Part shown: in pieces, positions 43,931 to 55,334 of the stretch
Layout of the letters: each line of letters opens with the position of its first letter
How positions within the stretch are numbered: the stretch's first letter is position 1
Assembly (NCBI GenBank): GCA_013239625.1
Contig: MU053758.1
Span: 3,163,854 to 3,227,853 of the forward strand
DNA length: 64,000 bases
Direction of reading: 5' to 3'
Source of the DNA: Lama guanicoe
Taxonomy: Eukaryota
Notes under the pieces: model-generated
What the model was told of the DNA's origin: nothing
The model's input: the letters and a program-made list of their open reading frames with translations, nothing else
The model's database searches: none
Program-made: the position numbers and the translations under genes

Positions 43931-45354
43931 TAAGTTACTTTTATTATAAGGAAAAAAAAAGTGATCGATGTGTTACCCCATTGTTTGCTTTTTTTCCACC
44001 TGATCATTTCATGTTGATATCGATATTGCACGTGAGTAAATGTTTTTAAAAAAGATCTTGAGTGGTACTTCCTGTTCTTCAAGTGTCCTATTTGAGCTAC
44101 TGATACTTTTTTAAAAGTGATTTATTAACTTGCAGTATTTTGTTACTTGAGAAGATTGTTCGGAAGCTATTACTTGAGCTACGTTCTGGGTGATTTACAT
44201 TCATCACTTTGTGTCCTTTGGTAGGTCTTTTGAACACTGTCTCATTCTGTGAAGTCTTTAAGCGGGTTTAGGTTGCTTACTATGGAGTCTCAAATCCTTT
44301 GCCTGTTTCCTCCCCTCTGCCTGCTGTAAACCTTGTTTCTTGTTTCTAATCTTGGTAAGGATGGCTGCCACTTCCAGCATCCTCACCATTCTTGTTCCTT
44401 GTCCTTTGGGGCCAGAAAGACAGGAACAACTTTATGAATCTCTGGATCAAAAGTCAACAGTGAAAATTCATATGCAAGTTGGCTCTTCCTTCCATAAGCC
44501 CAACTCTTAGAAGAAAGAAACACACTCCTCTTATTTAAAGGTTGACTGCAGAGCTGAACTTGAGAGTTTCAGAATAAAAGCATATGCCTGTTGTGTGGTT
44601 TTAACATAATTTGAGGGCCAATAATAACATGCGAACACCCTGGCCTTAGTATTTCATCTGGCACTCTAAATAAATTTCATGATCCAAAAGGGTTTAATAA
44701 TTTCAGTTTTTAAAATTGTATGTGCTCATAACACATTCTACTGCATCTCAGTGTGTTGGCATCTAGGATCTGGTCCTTTCTGTATCTAAAAACAATTGTT
44801 TAGTACAAATGGAATCTCTCAACCCACGCCAAGGAAATCCAGAATGAGGATTTCACCTCAAGATGATTTTCAGAGTAACCACATACTTTTGCCTTGATAT
44901 CAGGGTAAGTAAGACTAGCCGTAAACATAGGTCCCAGGTGGTACAGGACTGGATCTTCTAAGACTGGACCTGGGAGGACTCATGGAGAGAGGTTTTCCGG
45001 GTGTGACTGTGGTGGCCCAAGGGACAGGAGGCCCATACAGCTGGTTCCCATTTCTGTCCTTCTGCCTTGAGTCCAGGCTGAATCAGTGAGTTCATATTTC
45101 TTAACTTTTCAGTAGAGGAGAAACAGCCAAAGTTTAGTTTGCTCTAATGCTTTGATGGGAACCATATGTTTGATTTAAGACAGTGAGGCTCTTTTTCCTT
45201 TGGATAGTGGTTTGTGCTTAGCTATTAACTTCGTTCTGTGGTTACAGTGTGCCTACAGGTTCACTTTTATGTTTTAGTTAATGTGCCTGGAAGAAAAAAA
45301 ACTACCTTATTTGGTTGTTTTTATTATTAAGGTTTGATACTCTCATACTGCTCT

Positions 45355-45483
45355 TATTTTTTTTTTTTCAAATTTTTTTGTAGGTGGAGTAACTCAGTTT
45401 ATTTATTTTTTTAATGGAGGTACTAGGGATTGAACCCAAGACCTCGTTCATGCTAGGCATGGCTCTACACTAAGCTATACCCC
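45355..45483 (-). mobile_element. tRNA-Ala-derived SINE
   Basis: atggaggtactagggattgaacccaagacctcgttcatgctaggcatggctctacactaagctataccc. Confidence 0.85.
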
Positions 45484-46348
45484 ATTATATTTGTAGGTAC
45501 AATTTACATGAATTATATTCAGGTTGATCCTTTTGTGATTTCTAATTTGGGTTTTTAGGCCAAGTCCCATGTTCTTTTCTTGAGTACCAGCTTGTGGGAC
45601 TGATGATCTAACATGTGATCTGGTCACTGTAGATTCCTTGAGTGGAAAAGTCCTTACCCAGGCTGGCTTTGTCTTTCGCCTGTGTCTTTCTGGGACTGAC
45701 CTAGACCACCTCCTACCCTTCTTTGACACGCTTCATATCCCAATTGAGAGAAGACAGAGCCCTGTGGACCACCCATGGGGTAAATGACTTCAGCAGTGGG
45801 AGGAAACACCAGCTTGGCTAAGTGATGATTTTTGGCTCAAGGGGTGGCTCGATTTGACAAGGGAACCAGTATCTGAGCATCACTTCTCTTTGGGGCTTTC
45901 AAAGTTTTCAGAAACCTGGTCTCATATCACATATCCTATCTTCTTTCCCAAGATTTTAATTTTGACCCAGTCTCCTAAGTGTTCTGCAAACATGACTTGT
46001 CAGATTTCTCTAGTATTTCTCTTGACTGTTGTGGAATCAAGCCTTTCACTATGAACACCCTGTGTTGTCTGCTGTCTTCGTGTTTTTAGCTTTCCTGTCC
46101 ATCTAAATGTAAGTTTCTTGAAGTAGGGGGCATATCTTATGCTTCTTTTTATATTATTAAATATTCAGTTTGGTGATGGACATAAAGAAACTAGACATTA
46201 ATTATAGGTTGATTATTCAAATAATCGCATTCTTTGTGGGCTAAACTGTTGGCTTTAGTTTTAGGGAGGATGAGATCTAATTTCAGCTATAACTGAGTTC
46301 TAACGTTATGTTCAAATTTCCCATATACAAAATGGCTATAATCTTGCT

Positions 46349-46522
46349 TCTTTTTTTTTTTATTAAGTGTATTTTATTTATTTATTTATTTATTTTTTGG
46401 TGGGGGGAAGTAATTAGGTTTATTTAATATTTATTTATTGTTGGAAGAAATAGTGGGAATTGAACCCAGGATCTCATGTATGTTAAGCATGTGCCCTAGC
46501 ACTTGAACTATAACCTCCGCCC
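46349..46522 (-). mobile_element. tRNA-Ala-derived SINE just downstream of KRT24
   Basis: Reverse tRNA head plus tail; TSD ataatcttgcttctt / ataatcttgattctt. Confidence 0.85.
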
Positions 46523-46851
46523 ATAATCTTGATTCTTATTGAAGAAGATACTATCATTTCTAGGTAAAAATATTGGGTTTCTTTTTTAAAAAATTCAGGA
46601 ATCATTTAGTGAACTTGCAAAAGTAAGTTTACTGAAGCATAGAAACAATTAGAGCAAAGTCATCATTTCAACTTTTTCAAGAGCATTCTAATAAGAAAAG
46701 AAGAGGATGCAGAAAAATCGGTCAGTCATCTATTTCTGGATGGAAACTCTTCCCTGAAGTCATCCAGAAAGATGGCTAGATTGATGCAATATCTTCATTT
46801 GTGTCCTTTAGATTTTCCTCTCTGAAAGACACTTGTTGGCCTGGAAATTGC

Positions 46852-46955
46852 TTACTTAATTTTCACCTCAGAAACATTGCTGACTTGGGAAGAGACGACT
46901 TTGCCGTCCACCACCTCCTCTATGATGGTCTTAGTCACTCTCGACTTGCTTGGAT
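46852..46955 (-). CDS. KRT24: KRT24 exon 8 (last coding exon)
   Basis: ttttcag|ATCCAAGC...; encodes (D)PSKSRVTKTIIEEVVDGKVVSSQVSNVSEVKIK*. Confidence 0.94.
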
Positions 46956-47153
46956 CTGAAAATCATAGAATCACAATGTCAGCCTGGACACTGTCAGAGA
47001 AACACAGATCAGGAGAAACCCAAGTGCATTCACTGAGTACATTCTCCCTGGGCGAGATGATGTGAACAATAGCACGTACTTTTCATATGACAAGCAAAAC
47101 GTGCCTTTACTTCTCAGTTTTAAAATTATTGTGAACATGAACAAAATGTTTAC

Positions 47154-47284
47154 CTCTTCCTTGGACAGAACAGCTTCCGGATCTTGAGTCGCCAGACATG
47201 GATGAATCCCTGGATCCCATGTTTCTGGACCCTGTGTTTCTGGATCCTAAGCTTCTAAAATCAGATCCTCCAAAACCAGAACTG
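47154..47284 (-). CDS. KRT24: KRT24 exon 7 (131 nt; NAGNAG alternative start at 47281)
   Basis: ttttctccag|CAGTTCTGG...GGAAGAG|gtaaac; encodes SSGFGGSDFRSLGSRNTGSRNMGSRDSSMSGDSRSGSCSVQGR. Confidence 0.9.
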
Positions 47285-47494
47285 CTGGAGAAAAAGAACT
47301 GGTTTCCTTCGTGGTTTGCAAAGGCAGGAGAAACCCTCTGTGCAGAGGGCTCTTTCTGATGAAGGCAGATGTCTTTTCATCGGACTGTGCGACTGTTACC
47401 TTGTAAATACGAGTCCGGTCCCCAAGCCCCTTTTTGGTTTCATAATGTAAATACACCAAGGTATCTACTTAGCCTGTTCCTGACTTTCACTTAC

Positions 47495-47712
47495 CCTCCT
47501 TCACCATCAAGCAGGCGGCGGTAGGTCTCAATCTCCATCTCTAGGCGGGTCTTGATGTCCAGCAGCTGCTCATATTCTGTGTTCTGGCATTCAGTCTCCC
47601 CCCGGATCTGGCAGATCTGCTCCTCCAGGCTGCTGATCTGTATCTGAATTTGTGACAGCTGAGCCATGTAGCCAGCCTCCGTGTCAGCCAAGGTCCCTTC
47701 CAGGGAGCTTTT
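47495..47712 (-). CDS. KRT24: KRT24 exon 6 (218 nt)
   Basis: tcttag|AAAAGCTCC...GGAGG|gtaagt; encodes [15 protein letters not shown]...[16 protein letters not shown]. Confidence 0.95.
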
Positions 47713-47856
47713 CTAAGAGAAAAAGCAAATAAACATTTCATGATGAAAATAAATCATGGGATGATTAAAAAAAAACTTACAACACTTTATAAGGTACTAG
47801 AAGTAACTTCTCCCCAAATTACAACCTCTATTGCTAGATCCATTCCTTAATTTTGT

Positions 47857-47988
47857 TTGTTTTTTGGAGGGGGAGGTAATTAGGTTTGTTAATTAATTAA
47901 TTTTTTAATGGACGTACTCGGGATTGAACCCAGGGCCTCATGCATGGTAGACATGTGCTCTACCACTGAGCTACGTACCCTCCCCCCC
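47857..47988 (-). mobile_element. tRNA-Ala-derived SINE in KRT24 intron 5
   Basis: Reverse tRNA head; TSD ttccttaatttt on both sides. Confidence 0.87.
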
Positions 47989-48209
47989 GACTTCCTTAAT
48001 TTTTGTTGGTGTTACTTTTTGAAAACTAAATCTTTTATGGAAATAGAGTATATTATCTTTAACTGGGATATTTTATGCTTTGGACGACCACAATATAGTT
48101 CCTCCTTAATCCTGCTTTGATTATGTGCCAAGTAGAACATCTTGGCAATGAAGGAAACCTGAATCACTCAACTCTGTTGGAGATTTTGGAAAAAAGTGTT
48201 TGCACAAAC

Positions 48210-48335
48210 CATGGCCAGTTGGGACTGCAGCTCGATTTCCAGGGCTTGCAGAGTACGTTTCAGTTCTGTTATCTCATTCTTGGCGGAACTGGCTGCCCCC
48301 GCATCAGTAGAGATCTGTGCTTGCAGTGATGCACT
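48210..48335 (-). CDS. KRT24: KRT24 exon 5 (126 nt)
   Basis: tttag|AGTGCATCA...GCCATG|gtttgt; encodes [42 protein letters not shown]. Confidence 0.95.
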
Positions 48336-48424
48336 CTAAATACAAACGAAATGCAGTCACTGCAGGTCTGATGAGATGTTGGAAGCAGCTTGTGTGTGGC
48401 CGCAGGCTCAGGGTGACAATCTAC

Positions 48425-48586
48425 CTGCTTATTGAACTGCTCCTCGGCCTCCCGGCGGTTCTGCTCAGCCAGCTCCTCATACTGTGCCCTCATGTCATTC
48501 AGTAACTTAGTCAGGTCTGTTCCTGGGGCAGCATTCATTTCTATGGTCACATCCCCTCCGGAGCCTCCTTGCACACGCTTCATTTC
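48425..48586 (-). CDS. KRT24: KRT24 exon 4 (162 nt)
   Basis: ctag|GAAATGAAG...AAGCAG|gtagat; encodes [54 protein letters not shown]. Confidence 0.95.
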
Positions 48587-48789
48587 CTAGCAAGGAGGGA
48601 AAAAAAGACCATAGTAATGAAAACCGAAAAGCAATGACTCCCTAAAATGTGCATGAGCTGAAAAGTTGAAACTAGGACACTGAAGGAGGGGAACCCCATA
48701 AAATTCACATGTAATTTGCTCATTATTACTCTCTCTCCCCTCCTCCCCTCCTGCATAGGAGTTGGAAATCCATTCAGATGGAATTTAAT

Positions 48790-49030
48790 TAATTAATCTA
48801 TTGAAATATAGTCAGTTTATAATGTTGTGTTAATTTCTGGTGGATAGCATAGTGATTCTATCGTGCATATATATATATATATATTCCTTTTCATATTTTT
48901 TTATTATAGGCTATTACAAGGTTTTAGACGTAGTTCCCTGTGCTATTCAGTAGGACCTTGTTGTTGATATTATATATAGTAGTTAGTATCTGCAAATTCT
49001 GAACTCCCAATTTATGCCTCCACCCTCCCC
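48790..49030 (-). mobile_element. L1 3'-UTR fragment in KRT24 intron 3
   Basis: attgaaatatagtcagtttataatgttgtgttaatttctggtggatagcatagtgattc...ctcccaatttat. Confidence 0.7.
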
Positions 49031-49109
49031 GGGATTTATTTTTATAGAACGGAGGGTGGGGGAAACTCTGTAGACCAGAGTCGCTGATTCACATGTAACA
49101 TGTCCCTAC

Positions 49110-49266
49110 CTCCTCGTGGTTCTTCTTCAGGTAGGCCAGCTCCTCGGTGAGGCTCTCGATCTGCATCTCCAGGCCGGAACGGGTCGTGGTCAAGTCATCC
49201 AGGACTTTCCGCAGGCCGTTGGTGTCTACCTCCACTGTCTGTCGGAGATGTAGTTCGTTCTCATAC
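49110..49266 (-). CDS. KRT24: KRT24 exon 3 (157 nt)
   Basis: ctcccag|GTATGAGAAC...GAGGAG|gtaggg; encodes [52 protein letters not shown]. Confidence 0.95.
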
Positions 49267-49637
49267 CTGGGAGGGTACAGTAGAGCACATTTCGAAAAGT
49301 CCAGTCCATCCTTCCATATTCAAGAAAATATTTTCTCCCCTGACCAACTGGATAAATGAAGGCTAAGTTTTCTCTTAGGAGCTTTTCCCTGTAAAGCAAA
49401 ATCTGAGCCTCATATTAATTCTATTGATGGCCAATCTTTTTTATAACGAAAAAATCCTGAAATGGCCTCTCTCTTTTCTTGTTGGTGGGATGATGGTTTT
49501 TAACATTTACCCTTGGGATGTTTGCGAATTTAGGTCTTGATCCCCTAAAAATTTTTTTTAATTTAGAATAAACTAAGCAAATGAATTACATTTTATTTTT
49601 CCTACAACATTTGTTTTCAAGCCTTCATTTTCCTTAC

Positions 49638-49720
49638 TTCATTCTGAAGTCATCAGCAGCCAGTCTGGCATTGTCAATTTGCAGAACGATCCCAGCATTT
49701 TCAGTCATGGCAGTAATGAT
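49638..49720 (-). CDS. KRT24: KRT24 exon 2 (83 nt)
   Basis: ttttctag|ATCATTACT...ATGAA|gtaagg; encodes IITAMTENAGIVLQIDNARLAADDFRMK. Confidence 0.95.
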
Positions 49721-50525
49721 CTAGAAAAGACAATAACAGTGAATAAGTCAAATTGCTTTTTACCTGTGTCTGGACACCCACCTGTGAGAGTAGACGTCCC
49801 CTGAATTAGCTTTTAAAAGTGATTTGCTTGGAAAACTTGCTTAGTAATGACACCTGCATTGATAATCCTGATGTATTGGACTACCTCCTTCTGCGAAAAT
49901 TAACAGTTTGCACAGGTACTGGAACAGGCACAGAACATTGTTTCACAGAACACAGCCCTCGGCATAGTCTTGCTGCTTTGGAAGATCAGTTATTCTATGA
50001 GCTCTTTCAGAAAATAGTGTGAAACATGAATTTCACTTCCAAAAAAGTCTTAAAAATATATTTTCCATACATCCATGGTGAAACATTTTAGATTCCATCA
50101 CATTCTCATATAATATTTGCACCAGATTTTCTAGGAGGAAAAATAGTCGTAAAGACTATTTAAATCTAGCAAGACACTAAAATACACCAATCTGCCAGAA
50201 TTAATCATGAAATAATTAGACTAAGCTAGTGTCCACACGTTGTCATCACTCTTACATATATGTTAACTAGCTGCCTGGCATTGTATAAATTTTACTCATA
50301 TGCAGAAATCCTCAAATTTGAGATGCAAACAGAATCAATGTGGGTTGGGGGTCATGTATACAGTACTATCATGGTTAAAACATACCAAATCCCATTTGAC
50401 AGATGCAACAAACAAATACATTCAAAAATAATTCCTTGACTTGAAATTCATCATTACACTACATGATCTGAATAAATGGGAAAGACACAGAAGTTGTACA
50501 AACTGGGCAAGGACTAGTGTCTCAC

Positions 50526-51104
50526 CTGATTCCTGAGATCTTCGATGATTGGATAGTATTTGCTATAATCCCTTCCGGATCCACCATCTCTAGACCCAGG
50601 CCCAAATTTGTCATACCACTCCTTGATTTTGTTCTCCAGATCAGCATTGGCCTCCTCCAGGGCTCTGACCTTGTCTAGGTAATTGGCCAGGCGGTCATTG
50701 AGGTTCTGCATGGTTTGCTTTTCACCTCCGGAGAAGAGGCCCCCATCGCCAATGCCACCACCCAAACCACCGCCGTAGCTGTAGAAGCCTCTGCTAGCAC
50801 CGCCGCCGAGTCCAGAACCCCCGCCGAGTCCAGAACCCCAGCCGAAGCCAGCCCCAGAGCCTGAAGCTCCTCCAAAGCCACCCCCTACTGAGCAGCTACT
50901 AACACCCCCCCCAAAGCTGCCTCCATAGCCCCAGCTGGAGCCCCCACTCAGGCCACAGCTGCCGGCCCCTCCTCGGAAGCCCCGGGCAGAGCCTCGCCCC
51001 AGCCCGCAACTGCTTCCGCCGCTGAAGCTGGCGCCCCCGGCGGCGGACACCCTGACCGCGCTGCTGCCTCGGGTCCTGGAGGACACGCGGGATGAGCAAG
51101 ACAT
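50526..51104 (-). CDS. KRT24: KRT24 exon 1 coding part (Gly/Ser head plus coil 1A)
   Basis: [10 protein letters not shown]...[39 protein letters not shown]...IEDLRNQ|gtgaga. Confidence 0.96.
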
Positions 51105-51179
51105 GCTGTTCCTGCAGAGATTTGGCTTGTCCAGGTGAGTAGGAGAGGTGACATGAAAAGGAGGCTGCCTTTTTGGCCC

Positions 51180-51186
51180 TTATATA
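51180..51186 (-). promoter_or_regulatory. KRT24 TATA box (TATATAA)
   Basis: Minus strand gtgTATATAAggg, about 76 nt upstream of the ATG. Confidence 0.75.
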
Positions 51187-52391
51187 CACACTTTCAGGGT
51201 GTTCCTCTTCGGTGTCATTTCTTAATCCCTGATACAGTTTTACTAATCCGCAACTGGATAATTTTTTTTCCCGAACCCACTCTACCGGCTCTTTTTCTGA
51301 AGTTGGGTCAGAGCCTCGGGGCATTTACTACATCAAGGGGGAAAAAAATAAGGTGGAGGAAAGCCAAAAATTTTTTTGTTTTCCAAAATTACAGTTTTAA
51401 TCTTGCAGAGGTTTCGATGACTGGTCTTTCTTTTCTGAAAGAGTAATTCTATTAAATTTGCTTCATGATTTCCCAATTGCAGGGCACATCCCCAGATTCA
51501 CAGATGTAATTAAAATACTTAATATGATGAGAATGGAAATTGTCCATCAACTTGTGACTTTCTGTTTATATTGTTCTCTTAAAGTCGAAATTAACTTTAG
51601 CATCGGCATTTGTTTCAGGTTTACTTAATTGTCCTCAGTGATTATTTCAATCAGCATATTTCTAAGGCTGTTGAAGTTTGTGATTTTAGGTGACTGTTTT
51701 CTTTGTATTTTGAGATCAAGTGAAATATTCTTACTGTTATTAAGAAACACTGAAGCAAATAAGTCTTCCATGTACATATTATTAGATCTTAACAACATGT
51801 TTACTGGAGCAGAGAATGTCTAAGAAAGATGGGGGAAGTGTTTAGGCAGATCGTTTTAGCATCAGATCGGAGTTAATGGTGAGATGCTGCGCTAGTAAGG
51901 CGCTTTTCTTTCTTGTTGAATTTGAGTCTAATGTAGCAATACCAACTTGCTTCTTTAGAATCAAGTCTTAAGACACGAAGGGATGGTGTTAATTTTGTTA
52001 TTATCTGGCGAAGAGGATCTGAATCATTTCTTTTAAATTTTATTTTGTTTTTTCTTTTATTTTTTTTAAACTTTTACGTGACTCACTTCTGAGAACCAGT
52101 GTTAGACCTGGAGTTTTTGACACCCAGATCTGGAGTTTCCCGTCTACTCTCTGCTCCCGTTTCTTCTGTTTTTGTTTAAAAGATATTTAGAAAAGAGGAT
52201 CTGTATCCACTTCCGATAAGCAATGTTATGATTGTTATGACTGGGGTCACATTTTACAGATACCGAAATCTAGAATCCTCCCCAGTTCTCGTTCTGCTTC
52301 CTGTTTTTCTGTCCCTTTGTTCTTTAGATTATTTCCATTCGTCTCTGCTTGTAGTTTCTCTGGTTTGAAAGTGTTTTTTTTTTTTTTAAAG

Positions 52392-52646
52392 ACAAATACT
52401 ATATGATTCTATTTATACAAGGTACCCAGTGTAGTCAAATTCAGAGACAGAAAATAGAATAGTGGTTGCCAGGGGCTGGGGTGGGCAATGAGTTGTTTAA
52501 TGGGTACAGGGTTTTAGTTTTGCAAGATGAAAAGAGTTCTGGAGATTGGTCGCAGCACAATGTACCCGATACTACTAAATTGTACACTGAAAAATAATTT
52601 TAAGATGGTAAATTTTACGTGATGTGCATTTTACCACAATTTTAAA
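52392..52646 (+). mobile_element. Old L1 (L1MB-like) 3' end
   Basis: gacaaatactatatgattctatttatac...caaattcagagacagaaaatagaatagtggttgccagggg...ttttaccacaattttaaaaa. Confidence 0.7.
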
Positions 52647-53804
52647 AAGGCTTTTTTTTGTTTTGTTTTTCCTCCAAACAGGACAGATGCTTCCAAAGAA
52701 ATTGCTTGGTCTCCTGAGCTTTAGGCTCAAGTAGCTGACTTTTGCTTCTCTAAAACATTTTTTTTTAATTTTGTGTTTTTTATTGAAGTATAGTTGATTT
52801 ACAATATTAGTTTGAGCTGTACAGCAAAGCGATTCAGTTATACATGTAATACACACACATATATATTTTCCATTGTATGTATCTAAAACTTTCTTGCTTA
52901 CCTTGGCCAACTCTGTTAAACTATGTGCATGCTTTAATCTTTAAATTCAGTCACTTGTTATCCAATGTTCTGCCTTCTTTTGATTTTTCCTTAGACTGCC
53001 TTTGGGACATATTGCTAAATAGGTGATAATTCCCTTTACTGTGTAGCTCTTTATGTTGTTAGCTTTTGTGGTCTGCCTGCATTGTTTTGGCAGTAGTGGT
53101 GTGTGACTGCTCTTATACTGAGGGTGCCATCGCTCCAAGGGGTACAAGGTGTTTTATAAATTTTAAATCGTTCAGCTGGGAGTCATTCTCATCATGCCCT
53201 TCCTTCTAACGCAGGTAAAAAATGCACCACCTATTCAGTGTTGTCGGTCATCTTGCCTCACCCCTCCCCAAAGCTATGAAACCAAAGAAGTTTCAACACT
53301 AATGGTTAAATGACATGCAAATATTGGAGGTGGGAGGAAGTACCCCTTTCTTTTCCTCCCTTTTAAAATGATGAAACGTAATCTTTCCACTTTCATAAAG
53401 GCTGGCATTTGGCTTCAAAGGTTTAAAAAAAGACACAACAGCTCAGTGAAAGAAATTTGATGAAACTCAGAAATTTCAGCTGTTAGACAGAAAGAGCTTT
53501 AAGTACAAACACAGACAAAAGACAAAATGGCACAGTATTGTAGCCTCTGAATGGTGCCTGGGGCTTATGCAGTTCTTCTTTCCTTGTTATCTGAGTTGTA
53601 GCAGTTTGAGTTTGGAAGCTTTATGGGATGTTTGGAACATTTTGGGTCTCAGTTGAGGAAGCTTGTGATGACTGAGGTATTCTGTCTTCTTATTTTTTAG
53701 CTTTCTTCTAGATACAGTTTTTAGTGCTGACAACTAGCTCTTTGTTTTTAAAATTTAGCTTAAAGATTAAGTTATCCTGAGATGCTTTTCTGATATTATT
53801 ATTA

Positions 53805-54025
53805 TTTTTTTAATTGAAATACCATCAGTTACAATGTGTCAATTTCTGGTGTACAGCACAATGTCCCAGTCATGCATATACATATATTTGTTTTCATATT
53901 TTTTAATTAAAGGTTATTACAGATATTGAACACGTTTCTCAGTGCTAGACAGGAGAAAGTTTTTAAAAAAACCTATTTTTATATATATAGTGGCTAACAT
54001 TTGTAAATCGCAAATTCCCATATTC
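53805..54025 (-). mobile_element. L1 3'-UTR fragment
   Basis: aattgaaataccatcagttacaatgtgtcaatttctggtgtacagcacaatg...; TSD-like ttctgatattat on both sides. Confidence 0.7.
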
Positions 54026-55295
54026 TGATATTATTCTTTTAGTCTGTTATTGTATACTTGGGAGATGACGGATAAGAAGGGCATTTAATGAATAAAATGG
54101 CCATTACGGCCTCAAATTTTTTGCCTAATGAGGCAGTGTGTAAATAATATAGACATAAATGAATAGAATTTCCTTCCAATGTTATATAGTATATAAGGAT
54201 ATGCTTAAAATTTCCTTAAATGCATTTTTATGCTTTCTTTTAATGTATCCATGTGCCTTTTCTTTCCAATGGTGAATCTCTCAAACAGACGAATCTTGAT
54301 TCAGTGAGTTGCAAACTGGCCAGAAGGCTGGTGTTCAGTGGATTAAAGGATTGTAATCACATAGATAAAGACAGTTCTGTTCTTGCCTGAAGTGTTAGAA
54401 TTCTTTAATAACCATTAGTCCCCATTGTTCTGAGACACCCCTGAATTTAATACTCACTCTCTTTATTTGAAATAATGATTTCCCAAAGATCACAGATTCG
54501 TTCTCAGCATTTCTTTCATCTGTAAAATGAAAGCTTCAAGAAACTGGTGAGGATCCAGTAAAACACAATGTTCAGAAATTCTGGCTTCAGTGCCTGACAT
54601 CCAATAGTTGTTCCACATATGATTGTTTAAAAGCAATAGACTGAACCCAGATGTCTGGGCTTCCAGTTCCATACTCTGCCCTCAGTTTTATGTAGTTTTG
54701 AATACTTTGTGATCAACATTTTTTTTTAACCTGTAAAGAATCATGTCAACTACACTTCATTATAGAATATGACTTTTGTAATAAGTACAGAATGGTTTGC
54801 AAATAGTAACCATCAACGTTTTTGTGAGATAGATTTGTGAGTATTGGAAACAATTTCAGATGGATCGACTGTATGTGTTTAGATTAGGAGGAAACCCTTA
54901 TACCGAAAGGTACATGTTATCCCTGACGAATCTTTAGAGTTGAGAATGGAATGAACACAGGGCTTCTACCTTCTGTTCACGCCAGAGAATATTCTGAGTC
55001 TCTCAAATAAAAGCACCGGATCAGCATAGCTAAGGAAAGTAAGAGGGCACCGAGTGTCTGTTGAGTGTTGGCAGAAATTATTGTGGCAGACAGTATGGAA
55101 AAAGGAAAAACTCCAGTTTGATGTGTGCACGGCTTCTGTGACATGTAAGTTATTGTAGAGAGACAATAAATGTTCCTTGAATAAATAAAAAACAGCACAG
55201 CTTGACTTGCTTCAGAAACACCTTGATCATTTTTGTTCTTTACTGTGCGTTCTGCCTTCTAAACCTTTATTTCTCCATCTCTGGGTTTGTGATTC

Positions 55296-55334
55296 TGTGT
55301 GTGTGTGTGTGTGTGTGTGTGTCTGTGTGTGTGT
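55296..55334 (+). repeat. (TG)n microsatellite
   Basis: tgtgtgtgtgtgtgtgtgtgtgtgtgtctgtgtgtgtgt. Confidence 0.92.

Larger units (their letters stand above)
46852..51104 (-). other. KRT24: KRT24 gene, CDS span (8 exons, 519 aa)
   Basis: join(50526-51104,49638-49720,49110-49266,48425-48586,48210-48335,47495-47712,47154-47284,46852-46955) = 1560 nt, open frame. Canonical type I exon sizes 83/157/162/126; MSCSSR head; tail VTKTIIEEVVDGKVVSSQVSNVSEVKIK; synteny with KRT222 and SMARCE1. Confidence 0.95.

Noticed and set aside
54977..55130. ILSATI peptide resembling keratin exon 2 (possible KRT223P remnant)
   Set aside because: No AG acceptor at the expected place and no IDNARLAADDF-like continuation.
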